64,000 bases of DNA from a virus: IMG/VR virus record IMGVR_UViG_3300029651_000001, positions 22,512 through 86,511 of that record. One strand, written 5' to 3'. Each line of letters starts with the position of its first letter. Positions within the stretch are counted from its first letter, which is position 1. The notes beneath the pieces were generated by a model that saw only the letters and a program-made list of their open reading frames with translations, was not told the origin of the DNA and ran no database searches. Both the position numbers and the translations under genes were made by a program. Of the stretch, positions 17,651 through 25,347 are shown piece after piece.

Positions 17651-18058
17651 TCACACCTTCTCGTAAATGTGGAAACAGAGCGCTTCATCTATCTCAGGCT
17701 CATCGTAAAGGTACTCACACTGCGGATCCTGACTGCCGATATACTCGCCCCACTTGTGCCAGCGCCAGCCGCCTTCCGGTGGTTGGTCGTCCTTGCGGAT
17801 ACGGGTAAGCGTAACGACAAACTGTCTGTCGCTATTCTCCAACTCGGGACATTTCTCGAGGAGGTTATCCAGGTTGTCGCAGACGCCGTAAGGGCCGACC
17901 GTAGTTTCGGGCCAGCTGTCGTAGTCGCGTAAAAAGTGGCTTCCGCCGAAGTGGTGTATCTCGTACACGCCTGGTCGTAGCTCCTGTCCAGGTTTTCCCT
18001 CAGCCAGTGCGTACAAGATAGGGTCGAGGGATAACGCGCGTGGTTCGCTGATTAGCAT
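17651..18058 (-). CDS. hypothetical protein
   Basis: 135 aa. Leader variant AACCTTTGGAGAC upstream. Confidence 0.7.
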   Translation of the reverse strand: MLISEPRALSLDPILYALAEGKPGQELRPGVYEIHHFGGSHFLRDYDSWPETTVGPYGVCDNLDNLLEKCPELENSDRQFVVTLTRIRKDDQPPEGGWRWHKWGEYIGSQDPQCEYLYDEPEIDEALCFHIYEKV

Positions 18059-18187
18059 TCCTGTGTCTCCAAAGGTTAAGAAAAATCACACCGGTCGATC
18101 CGATCCATCAGGCACATCTCGAATGCCAACGGGTGACCGGGTTGGTGGTTTGCCGGATTTCGTCGACGATGCCCTGGGAGGTTTTCC

Positions 18188-18436
18188 TCACCATAACCTC
18201 CGCCACAGCCTCTTCCACCAAGGCACCTTACGCATAGCCTCCCGGATCGGGGTCGTCATCCGTCGCCACAAATAATCGAACTCCAGCATCTCGTCCAGGT
18301 CACCGCCAACTGCGACCCAAGCAGAATCCCTGTAGACAAGAGGTTTACTAAGGAACCGGACATTCGCGGCTTTGACTACTTCTTGCAAGTCTCCTAGTCG
18401 ACCCGCGTCGACTCTGAAATACCTTGAAATCACCAC
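18188..18436 (-). CDS. hypothetical protein
   Basis: 82-aa ORF. Confidence 0.55.
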   Translation of the reverse strand: MVISRYFRVDAGRLGDLQEVVKAANVRFLSKPLVYRDSAWVAVGGDLDEMLEFDYLWRRMTTPIREAMRKVPWWKRLWRRLW

Positions 18437-18846
18437 ACCCTCCTATAAAGGGTGCACAAGTCATACGGTGCGGCGCCTTCGGTGACCCAGATCTCGTCGT
18501 ACTCGCCATCCGTAGTGACCACGATTGCTCCGGCAAGGCTCCCCATGTCAGGGGCGTATTGGTTCCGGAGTTCGTCGAGGGTGCTGCTGTCGGTGACCAA
18601 GGTACCCTGCAAGGCATCAAGGTATCTGTGGCTGGTCGGGAACAACTTGTTTCTCAGCCGGAAGATACAACCATCCATACTTCTGATGGTGTTCTCAGCC
18701 GTGCTAAGGTCTTCCTTGAGCTCACCAAGGGTTTCCTGCTCCTCATCGAGCCATGCCTCGATTCGCTCGGCCAACAGTTTAGCGAGCGGGTTGTCGTGGG
18801 CGTCCAGGGCAAGGGTGATGAGTTCGTCGGTGGTGAGGTGATTCAT
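18430..18846 (-). CDS. hypothetical protein
   Basis: 138-aa ORF. Confidence 0.65.
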   Translation of the reverse strand: MNHLTTDELITLALDAHDNPLAKLLAERIEAWLDEEQETLGELKEDLSTAENTIRSMDGCIFRLRNKLFPTSHRYLDALQGTLVTDSSTLDELRNQYAPDMGSLAGAIVVTTDGEYDEIWVTEGAAPYDLCTLYRRVW

Positions 18847-19049
18847 CTCACTCCTCCGGTGTTGATCAACACGAACTGCCCGTCACGGTATTCTGTGTGG
18901 CACACCACTCGTAGGTTTATGTCCAGTAAAGACCCGCCACCGTTGCGGGCAGCGGCGCACTCAACCAGCTCCTGCTTGGCAGACTTAAGGCCCTTGGCGT
19001 GGGCGTGTCGGCAGATGCCGTCGTACCAGCTGATAAAGAAAGTTTTCAT
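18843..19049 (-). CDS. hypothetical protein
   Basis: Start MKTFFISWYDG after the leader variant CCACCTTTGGGAA. Confidence 0.55.
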   Translation of the reverse strand: MKTFFISWYDGICRHAHAKGLKSAKQELVECAAARNGGGSLLDINLRVVCHTEYRDGQFVLINTGGVR

Positions 19050-19299
19050 CGATTCGGTTCCCAAAGGTGGTTTATGTGAGCAAATCCTGCAATACCATTG
19101 AGGCGTGCTCGATAGCATCTTCGAGTGTGGGAAAGTGGATCATCGTCGTCCCTCCCTTCTGGCTGGGCTCTCCCGATGGCTTCCAGTAAATCCCGTTTAG
19201 CTTAAGGGAAACCCCTCTAGCTACCGGTATGACCACTCCAACTTCCACCCCCCTTGTACTTCAGGTAGTAGATACCATTAGGCGAACGCCGTTTGGTTA

Positions 19300-19665
19300 T
19301 CATGACGGCAGCTCCGGCAGATCGATCTCGTCGCCGTATTTGCTGGCGACGAAGCAGCGCATGGCGGCAATGAGGGGTGTAGAACCACTTTGCACGCAAA
19401 CCCAAGAGTCACTCGGAAACGCTCGCCACTCAGCTTCGCCCCAAGTGTTCTTAGACATCTTGGCAGCTTCGCGAATACGGACGATTGCGATGCCTTGCTG
19501 CTCGATGATCGGTCCACCGAACATCCACTCTGTGGAGTATCGGAACGGGGCTGGTAGGTACAAGTTACCTGCTTTAAGGACACGCCCTTCAACGGCCCAC
19601 CCTTCCCACAGAGCGACAGCCAGATCTAGGTAAACACCTTCAAGGTCGCAGACTCTGTGTTTCAT
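19300..19665 (-). CDS. NinX/DUF2591-like protein
   Basis: Motifs LDLAVALWEGW and YSTEWMFGGPIIEQQGIAI. Confidence 0.7.
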   Translation of the reverse strand: MKHRVCDLEGVYLDLAVALWEGWAVEGRVLKAGNLYLPAPFRYSTEWMFGGPIIEQQGIAIVRIREAAKMSKNTWGEAEWRAFPSDSWVCVQSGSTPLIAAMRCFVASKYGDEIDLPELPS

Positions 19666-19668
19666 GTC

Positions 19669-19854
19669 TTATTCCTCCTCGATCCTGACGCTTTCACCCT
19701 GGCACAGCGCCATGTAGACCTGCCGCCAGCCGATGAGGAGGGCGCTGTAGGTGGTGTACCCTAGGTGATCTCGCTCAAACTCAGTCTGCTTCTCAATAGC
19801 TAGACGCAGTGCGGCCTTGAGGTTTGATCGCTTCATGGTTACGGGTTTGGACAT
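19669..19854 (-). CDS. hypothetical protein
   Basis: Start MSKPVTMKRS after GGGAGGAG. Confidence 0.55.
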   Translation of the reverse strand: MSKPVTMKRSNLKAALRLAIEKQTEFERDHLGYTTYSALLIGWRQVYMALCQGESVRIEEE

Positions 19855-19858
19855 CGGA

Positions 19859-20227
19859 TTACTCCTCCCACTCGACCGGGACCGTGGCGACATGGCCAAC
19901 ATCTACCTCGGCTAAGGCATCTTCCTCAGTGGGGTATACAGCTCCGGCAAACGGGTTCAGTTCACTAGCGGCTTTATATATGTTGATCCACCCCCGCTTC
20001 TTGACGGGGGCCATGACGAGGTCATGGTTCGATTTTCTATTTGTGAGGTATCTCCCTTCGGGAGTGTAAGTATATATACCCTCGTCCCCGTCCACGGGAT
20101 TAAGGACGAGGGCTACTATCGGGTATCGGGTTGTCGCTCGGTCAAAGCAAAGGATCCGAGCCGGGTCACCGTTTCGGGTTTGTACCGGGGCGCCGGCTAG
20201 GGCTGCTTCAAGATCAAGAGGCTTCAT
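19859..20227 (-). CDS. hypothetical protein, paralog of the C-terminal half of 21462..22040
   Basis: Start MKPLDLEAALAGAPV and motif DLVMAPVKKRGW. Leader motif upstream. Confidence 0.65.
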   Translation of the reverse strand: MKPLDLEAALAGAPVQTRNGDPARILCFDRATTRYPIVALVLNPVDGDEGIYTYTPEGRYLTNRKSNHDLVMAPVKKRGWINIYKAASELNPFAGAVYPTEEDALAEVDVGHVATVPVEWEE

Positions 20228-20355
20228 GGTTACCCTCCAAAGGGTTGTTTACTGATCTTTATGTCCTTGGGTCGGTGGGACCAGGCTGTGACCCTACGGC
20301 CGATGCTTGTTGACTGCGCAAACGGTGCGCAGCCAAAGGTTCCTTAACCGTTTGA

Positions 20356-20658
20356 TCATGAGTGAAAGCTCCACTCGCAGGGCTTAAGCTCATCTTCGCC
20401 CGGCAGGCTGCCGCGGTAGACGGCGCCCAAGGTGAATCGGTGGACGGATTGGGTGCTGGTGTAACCGGCGACGAACTCCATCTGCCGTTTGTTGAAGTAA
20501 ATGGAGACCCTGTCGTAGGCGTCCGGGCAGAAAGTGGCAAGCCGGCCGATCGCCTGCTGCATCTTGAGTATGCCGTCGGCGCCGTACAGCCTGTAGAGTT
20601 CGGCCTCAGTGTTCTGGAGGTCGGTGGGGTCGACGTGGAATTCAATCGTTCTCGACAT
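20356..20658 (-). CDS. hypothetical protein
   Basis: Start MSRTIEFHVD after the leader motif and a family-A palindrome. Confidence 0.65.
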   Translation of the reverse strand: MSRTIEFHVDPTDLQNTEAELYRLYGADGILKMQQAIGRLATFCPDAYDRVSIYFNKRQMEFVAGYTSTQSVHRFTLGAVYRGSLPGEDELKPCEWSFHS

Positions 20659-20722
20659 GGTTTGCTCCAAAGGGTTTAAGTACAGGTCCTTAACGCGGAC
20701 CAGACGGTTAACTCAACAGGTG

Positions 20723-21058
20723 CTACCGGCCACCAGCTTGGGTGTCTTCAAAAGGGTCAGATTCCTGCTTGCTTTCGCTGGCCCTCATCTTTTCCGCCAC
20801 ATAGTGAAGCGCTATCAATCCACAAGTCAGCAGCCCTTCGACCGGGTCCGTTTTCTCTTTCCAGCTAGGGTAAGCGCTGGAAATGTCGTAAAGTCGACCC
20901 CGCATCATAACAAGCTGGTCGCTAATGTCCTCGATAATCTGGCTCAGGGGTTTACGGAAATCCGTGCCGTAAACCGGACGTTCTCTTGCCTTTTCTGCCA
21001 ATTTCCGCAGACCTTCCTGAGTCCATCTACCGCATTCGCTGCAGTGTTCTTCTGACAT
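20723..21058 (-). CDS. hypothetical protein
   Basis: Start MSEEHCSECGRW. Confidence 0.6.
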   Translation of the reverse strand: MSEEHCSECGRWTQEGLRKLAEKARERPVYGTDFRKPLSQIIEDISDQLVMMRGRLYDISSAYPSWKEKTDPVEGLLTCGLIALHYVAEKMRASESKQESDPFEDTQAGGR

Positions 21059-21072
21059 AAGTTTCTCCGTGG

Positions 21073-21216
21073 TTAGAGTTTGGGGATACCAAAGATCGCC
21101 GCGGCTAACAAAAACCAACCCCAATCAGGGCTCCCGCGGTGGGCCAACACGCCTGACGTCACGACACATGTCAGGGTGATGACAACTTGGGAGAGAATAT
21201 GGATTGTTTCAAGCAT
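21073..21216 (-). CDS. 47-aa two-helix membrane mini-protein
   Basis: Hand translation gives MLETIHILSQVVITLTCVVTSGVLAHRGSPDWGWFLLAAAIFGIPKL. SD is GGAGTACTA. Confidence 0.4.
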   Translation of the reverse strand: MLETIHILSQVVITLTCVVTSGVLAHRGSPDWGWFLLAAAIFGIPKL

Positions 21217-21259
21217 TAGTACTCCTCTATGAAGCCCGCCCAGATCACTAACTTGATTG

Positions 21260-21472
21260 TTATGTCTCGCATAGCCTCGGGGCCCTCTTCAGCCGTCTTG
21301 CCTTCTTCGCCTTGCGTCGCTCCTCGGCCACGGCCAGGGCACGTTTGTCAGCCTCGGGGTCCTGCTTCTTAGGTAGCGCACGAGGCTGAGGCTGCGGGAG
21401 AGCCAGATCCAGTAGGCCGGGCCGCAGCGTGGCAAGAAGCCCCAGAGCAAGCAACGGGCTTCTACTTTTCAT
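21260..21472 (-). CDS. possible secreted basic protein
   Basis: Signal-like start MKSRSPLLALGLLATL followed by a Lys/Arg-rich tail. Confidence 0.4.
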   Translation of the reverse strand: MKSRSPLLALGLLATLRPGLLDLALPQPQPRALPKKQDPEADKRALAVAEERRKAKKARRLKRAPRLCET

Positions 21473-22040
21473 CCAGCACCTCCGTGCAATGCATTGCAAG
21501 GACTTCATAGGCTACCTGGCTTAGCTCATGCTCCATGCTCTCTTTGCTTTCGAAAATACCAGTCGTGAACACATATCCCATCTTGTCCCGATACAAGGCG
21601 TAGTGAACCTTCCTGATCTTCGGTTTCATGTAAAGAAAAGGTTCACCGAGACAGCCGTAGCCTTGCGCAGAGAGTGCGTGAACTCCCCCGGTATTGAGGT
21701 TAATCGTCACTACGCGGAATGCTGGACGCGCTTCCGTAACATAGGCAACGAATTTATGCTCGCTGCCGTCAGTGTCCACGGCCAGCTGGCCGGCCTTGAA
21801 AGCCTCCAAATTAAAAGGAATTCTGTTCACGTTTTCAGTCTCCAAAGGGTTGCGCAGGATTTTTAATTCCTCGGTAGGTCCGTATAACGCCATGGCCGGC
21901 TCGCCACCATTACCGTAATCCGTATACACCTTGAGCAGTCCATCTTGGGTTCTCACCACCCGGACGACCCGCTCGTTGTGTTTGGGGCCTCGATGACCAA
22001 TCCAATCACCAGGCATGAGGTCCTTAGCCTCAATCTTCAT
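21462..22040 (-). CDS. hypothetical two-domain protein with an in-frame internal leader motif
   Basis: 192 aa. An in-frame AACCCTTTGGAGAC plus GTG at 21830 precedes the C-terminal domain. Confidence 0.7.
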   Translation of the reverse strand: MKIEAKDLMPGDWIGHRGPKHNERVVRVVRTQDGLLKVYTDYGNGGEPAMALYGPTEELKILRNPLETENVNRIPFNLEAFKAGQLAVDTDGSEHKFVAYVTEARPAFRVVTINLNTGGVHALSAQGYGCLGEPFLYMKPKIRKVHYALYRDKMGYVFTTGIFESKESMEHELSQVAYEVLAMHCTEVLDEK

Positions 22041-22671
22041 TTTTAGCCCTCCAAAGGGTAATCAGGCCTGCAAGGATGAGGGTTGTAGTGGACGGCTCCG
22101 GCAGTTCACGGGTCTCTCTGTCCGGCGCCGCCTCCCTCACCTGTAGCCGGGTGATGTTCCCGCACACCCGAGGTACGGCGATGATGTACTCGCCCAGCCA
22201 GTACACCTCGGCTCGCTCGTAATGCAAGTCCTTGAAATTGGTTCGGGTTCCGTAACACATGCTGTTGCCGAACGCCATCGAATAGGTGGGAACATACCAA
22301 TGGTGGGTGTCTCTGACGCCTGCATTGCTGAACACCGCCTCGTCATCGGAATCCTTACGCTTGATCCGGTCGGTCAAAACCTTGGCGGAGTCCGTGTCTA
22401 CGCCGAGGGTCCGCAAGGCGGAGTAGATATCCCCCGTGAATGGGTGGCTGCCAGGATTGCCCCATTTGCAGCCGTAGCGGAGTTGAAGCGGCCTGTATTC
22501 CGGCTCCCTGATCGGTTCTACCAAATCGGCTGCGTTGCCCAGATCCGTAACACCGGTGGAGTCCGGAGTTGAGGGGGCGATTGTGACGGTCGTGATCGCC
22601 GCCGACAGCGGCAATGAAAAACACAAGCTCCCGACGATGAACCCTCGCCAGAATCTCGACGGTCTTTTCAT
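22030..22671 (-). CDS. exported PEP-CTERM-anchored protein
   Basis: N-terminal signal peptide MKRPSRFWRGFIVGSLCFSLPLSAA. C-terminal LPEPSTTTLILAGLITLWRAKNED has the PEP motif, a TM helix and a basic cluster. Confidence 0.8.
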   Translation of the reverse strand: MKRPSRFWRGFIVGSLCFSLPLSAAITTVTIAPSTPDSTGVTDLGNAADLVEPIREPEYRPLQLRYGCKWGNPGSHPFTGDIYSALRTLGVDTDSAKVLTDRIKRKDSDDEAVFSNAGVRDTHHWYVPTYSMAFGNSMCYGTRTNFKDLHYERAEVYWLGEYIIAVPRVCGNITRLQVREAAPDRETRELPEPSTTTLILAGLITLWRAKNED

Positions 22672-22716
22672 AGGAGGTCTCCAAAGGGTAAGTACATGTC
22701 CTTAAGGATTGAAGGA

Positions 22717-22745
22717 CATCGGCCGTGGTGAGAACACGGCCGATG
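22717..22745 (-). terminator. 11-bp GC-rich hairpin, possible end of the tmRNA transcription unit
   Basis: CATCGGCCGTG-7 nt-CACGGCCGATG. On the RNA strand it is followed by TCCTTCAATCCTT, which is only moderately U-rich. Confidence 0.35.
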
Positions 22746-22959
22746 GCTTGCCGGATAAGCTCCGGCGGGCTCTTGTTGCTGGACTTGTACGGCTTACAGC
22801 TCCCGTTTGGTTGTACCTTGATTTCCCCCTAATGCTTGCGGGCTGCAGGGTTTGTGCATCTTGGGTGCGCGAATTCCCATGTCCGGACGCAGTCCCAAGT
22901 AGCAATCAAAGCATTACCATCCAACCAATAATGGCTAGGTCGCAGCTCCCCGGATCGTG

Positions 22960-23370
22960 TCTGTTACCGGATAAGCTCCGGCGGGCTGTTGTCGCCAACG
23001 ACTGCGATTCGGTTGCCCGGCTTCTGTTCTCAAGCGCCGGGCAGGCTCGGCTTTAGGCGGCTGCCTTCAGCGGGGCATACGTATCATCGTTTGCCTTTGT
23101 GGTTTTGCGCGGTTAACGCCCGTCGCCTTTCGTGCTGCCATCTCTGCTTTGCTGCCCCGTCGAAACCTGGCTGGCCCATCAGAAGAAGGCTGTTAGAGCG
23201 TGCAGTAGGAGTCGAACCTTCTTTTGGTGGACCAGGCCGGAATTGAACCGGCGTCCGAGACAACTCCACTTCGATGGAGTTACAGCAATTCGGCGCCCAA
23301 TCTATTCGGCAGACTCCCACTGGACTAGGAGCGCATACTGCCGGCATCCCTACAGGGCGGCCAGGTCTGC
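22960..23370 (-). ncRNA. ssrA: circularly permuted (two-piece) tmRNA gene; outer boundaries approximate
   Basis: Acceptor piece ends TCGGACGCCGGTTCAATTCCGGCCTGGTCCACCA, with its 3' A at 23225. A 47-nt spacer follows. Coding piece starts GGGCCAGCCAGGTTTCGACGGGG at 23177. GGGCCAG pairs with CTGGTCC including a G3:U pair. Tag frame GCAAACGATGATACGTATGCCCCGCTGAAGGCAGCCGCCTAA lies at 23094..23053. Confidence 0.85.
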
Positions 23371-23495
23371 CTTATTGTGAAATCGGTAATATCCCTACAA
23401 AGTCCGTGTCTTCTCGTTCTCCAATTAGGGCGACCCCGTCCGGGCGTAATACATCCAGCTAGGATTAAAAATACCGGCGAGGTCGCGGAACACAT

Positions 23496-23522
23496 AATAA
23501 AAAAGCCGGCGTTGAGCCGGCT
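23496..23522 (-). terminator. rho-independent terminator
   Basis: AGCCGGC-GTTGA-GCCGGCT stem-loop, followed on the minus strand by TTTTTATT. Confidence 0.75.
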
Positions 23523-23546
23523 ATGGGGTCAGTTCACAAGGTTTGG

Positions 23547-23786
23547 CTAGCCGTGTGAGCTACACCACCGTTTCGATACGAAATATCCAATCTGGTGGCT
23601 GACTACCCGGTAAACACCTTGCCCAAACCAGCCCTGACTGGGGACACCGTGCTTCTTCCGGCCGTAGATGTCGGCCGCCGGCACTCCGAAGACCCACACG
23701 GCCATGGGCGTCAGGTCGCCTCCGCAAGCGGGGGCCAGGGCTAGGGCGATCGAGAGGTAAAGGGTTAAGGTGATTGTTGATGTCAT
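23547..23786 (-). CDS. small exported/membrane protein
   Basis: Start MTSTITLTLYLSIALALAPACGG after the leader motif. Confidence 0.6.
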   Translation of the reverse strand: MTSTITLTLYLSIALALAPACGGDLTPMAVWVFGVPAADIYGRKKHGVPSQGWFGQGVYRVVSHQIGYFVSKRWCSSHG

Positions 23787-23870
23787 ATGATCTCCAAAGG
23801 GTTGAGGTTGTACATCCTTGTCGGCCGTCCTTGGCCGCATCCTTAAGTACTTGTCCTTAAACTTTCCAGG

Positions 23871-24176
23871 TCAAGGCTGGAACCCGCTTAATGCGTTCTT
23901 CTGACCCTTCAGGAACTGCTGCTCCAACAAGGATCTGAGTTCCTGCTCGGTCAGGATGAAGATGTCTCCGTCCAGTTCGATGAGGCTACCCGCCATTTTC
24001 ACGGTTATCGGCTCGTCGTCGGCAAGGATCAGGTGAGCCAGCTCGTGAGCCAGCTCGTCTTTCAGATAACGGATCGCGTCATCCATGGTGCCGTATCGCG
24101 GGTCTTTCATGTAGGTTTGCTTTGCTCGGAAGCGCCTCTTCGGCAACTCGTTGGCGTCGAATATCTTGTCAAACAT
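23871..24176 (-). CDS. hypothetical protein
   Basis: Start MFDKIFDANEL after the leader variant TACCTTTGGAGAG. Confidence 0.65.
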   Translation of the reverse strand: MFDKIFDANELPKRRFRAKQTYMKDPRYGTMDDAIRYLKDELAHELAHLILADDEPITVKMAGSLIELDGDIFILTEQELRSLLEQQFLKGQKNALSGFQP

Positions 24177-24256
24177 CTTTACCTCTCCAAAGGTAGGACA
24201 TAAACGTCCATAAGGACAAGGGATTGAGGACGTGTACTTAATCAATGAATCCTGAA

Positions 24257-24445
24257 TTAAACGTCATGTTCGGAGAGCCGCTGATATTCGAGGTCGAACC
24301 ATTTCCACCAAATCGATCTCTCGGGCTCTGTTTTATATGGGTTTTCGTCGGCGCTTTGCTCTTGACCGGGACATTGATAATACCGACGAGCTGCTTGAAC
24401 AGCTTCAAGGGCGATTTTGTTTTCGTTCTGCTTATCGATGCTCAT
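24257..24445 (-). CDS. hypothetical protein
   Basis: 62-aa ORF. Confidence 0.5.
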   Translation of the reverse strand: MSIDKQNENKIALEAVQAARRYYQCPGQEQSADENPYKTEPERSIWWKWFDLEYQRLSEHDV

Positions 24446-24457
24446 TATTGTGCCCCG

Positions 24458-24649
24458 TTAGCGTGTCCTTCGGGGTGGCCGTTCGTCGATCTCAATACCT
24501 CGCCGTGCTGCTTCCAGCAATGCCAGCTGTGCGTAAGCCTTGCGGCCGGCGGCGGATTCCTTCTCGTAAACGCCGCGGACTTGGGCATCCGTACAGGTTT
24601 TGACGTAAAGCGTGAACTCGAGTCGATCTCGTTTGGTCATTGATTTCAC
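24458..24649 (-). CDS. hypothetical protein
   Basis: 63-aa ORF. An alternative start MTKRDRLEF lies at codon 4. Confidence 0.5.
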   Translation of the reverse strand: MKSMTKRDRLEFTLYVKTCTDAQVRGVYEKESAAGRKAYAQLALLEAARRGIEIDERPPRRTR

Positions 24650-24672
24650 CTTGATGTGTGGGTTGACGTTGT

Positions 24673-25347
24673 TCAGGGTTCCTCTGCAAGAAGGCTCAAT
24701 CGCTCCGCTTCGATCTCTTCGTCGGTCAGGTCGACGGGCTGGATCTTGCTGGCGAGGGCGGACAAGTCTTCCGTATGTTCCGTGAAGTTCTGCGGCGGCT
24801 GGCCTGCTCGCAAGGTGGCAAGGTAAGGGATTATGAAATGGTCCAGCGTGGATTTCATGATCTCTTTGGCCGCGTTTTGTAAGTGTATGGTTAACTTTTC
24901 GGCAATGATGCTTTCGGCTTCCGTGACTAGACTCCTCAGCAGTGTCGCTTCCGCTGTCTCTCGAACCTCAAAGACGGGCATTCCCGCCCGACCAAAGACC
25001 ACCCATTCGTCCGACAGGTCCAAACCAAACCGAGTACGCCGGTTGTTTCGGCTGTAAATCGACGTAATCGACAGGTTGTACTTCTGGACCCACTCGTCAA
25101 TAGGCCAAGTAATACCTCGAATAGTGAACGTCAGCACGGACTTACGAGTCCGGCGATCCCTAGGCTGCCCGTAGTCCGTATGACAGCGACAGCGGAACCG
25201 TCCTTGGTTCCACAAGGATGTGGAAATCGAGCGTAATCCCTCACAGGAATTACACATAGCAAGCCAGTGTTTCCCTCTTCTTCCCTCGGGTCCGTGAGAT
25301 GTCCCAATGACTTTGTACCCATTCTTAGTGTCGCCGATCTTTGGCAT
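24673..25347 (-). CDS. first gene of the leftward early operon; N-terminal Cys cluster, unknown function
   Basis: 224 aa with motif WLAMCNSCEG...FRCRCH. Lies directly downstream of the AT-rich intergenic region. Confidence 0.75.
   Translation of the reverse strand: MPKIGDTKNGYKVIGTSHGPEGRRGKHWLAMCNSCEGLRSISTSLWNQGRFRCRCHTDYGQPRDRRTRKSVLTFTIRGITWPIDEWVQKYNLSITSIYSRNNRRTRFGLDLSDEWVVFGRAGMPVFEVRETAEATLLRSLVTEAESIIAEKLTIHLQNAAKEIMKSTLDHFIIPYLATLRAGQPPQNFTEHTEDLSALASKIQPVDLTDEEIEAERLSLLAEEP

Noticed and set aside
19217-19303. 28-codon ORF (MITKRRSPNGIYYLKYKGGGSWSGHTGS) coupled by ATGA to the NinX-like gene, and a 23-codon ORF at about 19070-19142
   Set aside because: They are too short and have no conservation evidence available. 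Both are noted only as possibilities.
23225-23300. Possible ordinary tRNA gene on the minus strand, suggested by the T arm and CCA
   Set aside because: No D arm or anticodon arm is present, and no 5' acceptor strand lies upstream. The complementary 5' strand lies downstream at 23171..23177, which identifies it as the acceptor piece of a permuted tmRNA.
22702-23462. Several 60-115-aa ORFs on both strands across the tmRNA locus
   Set aside because: None has a leader motif or SD, and their translations are Arg/Pro/Cys-rich. The region is better explained by the tmRNA pieces and structured RNA.
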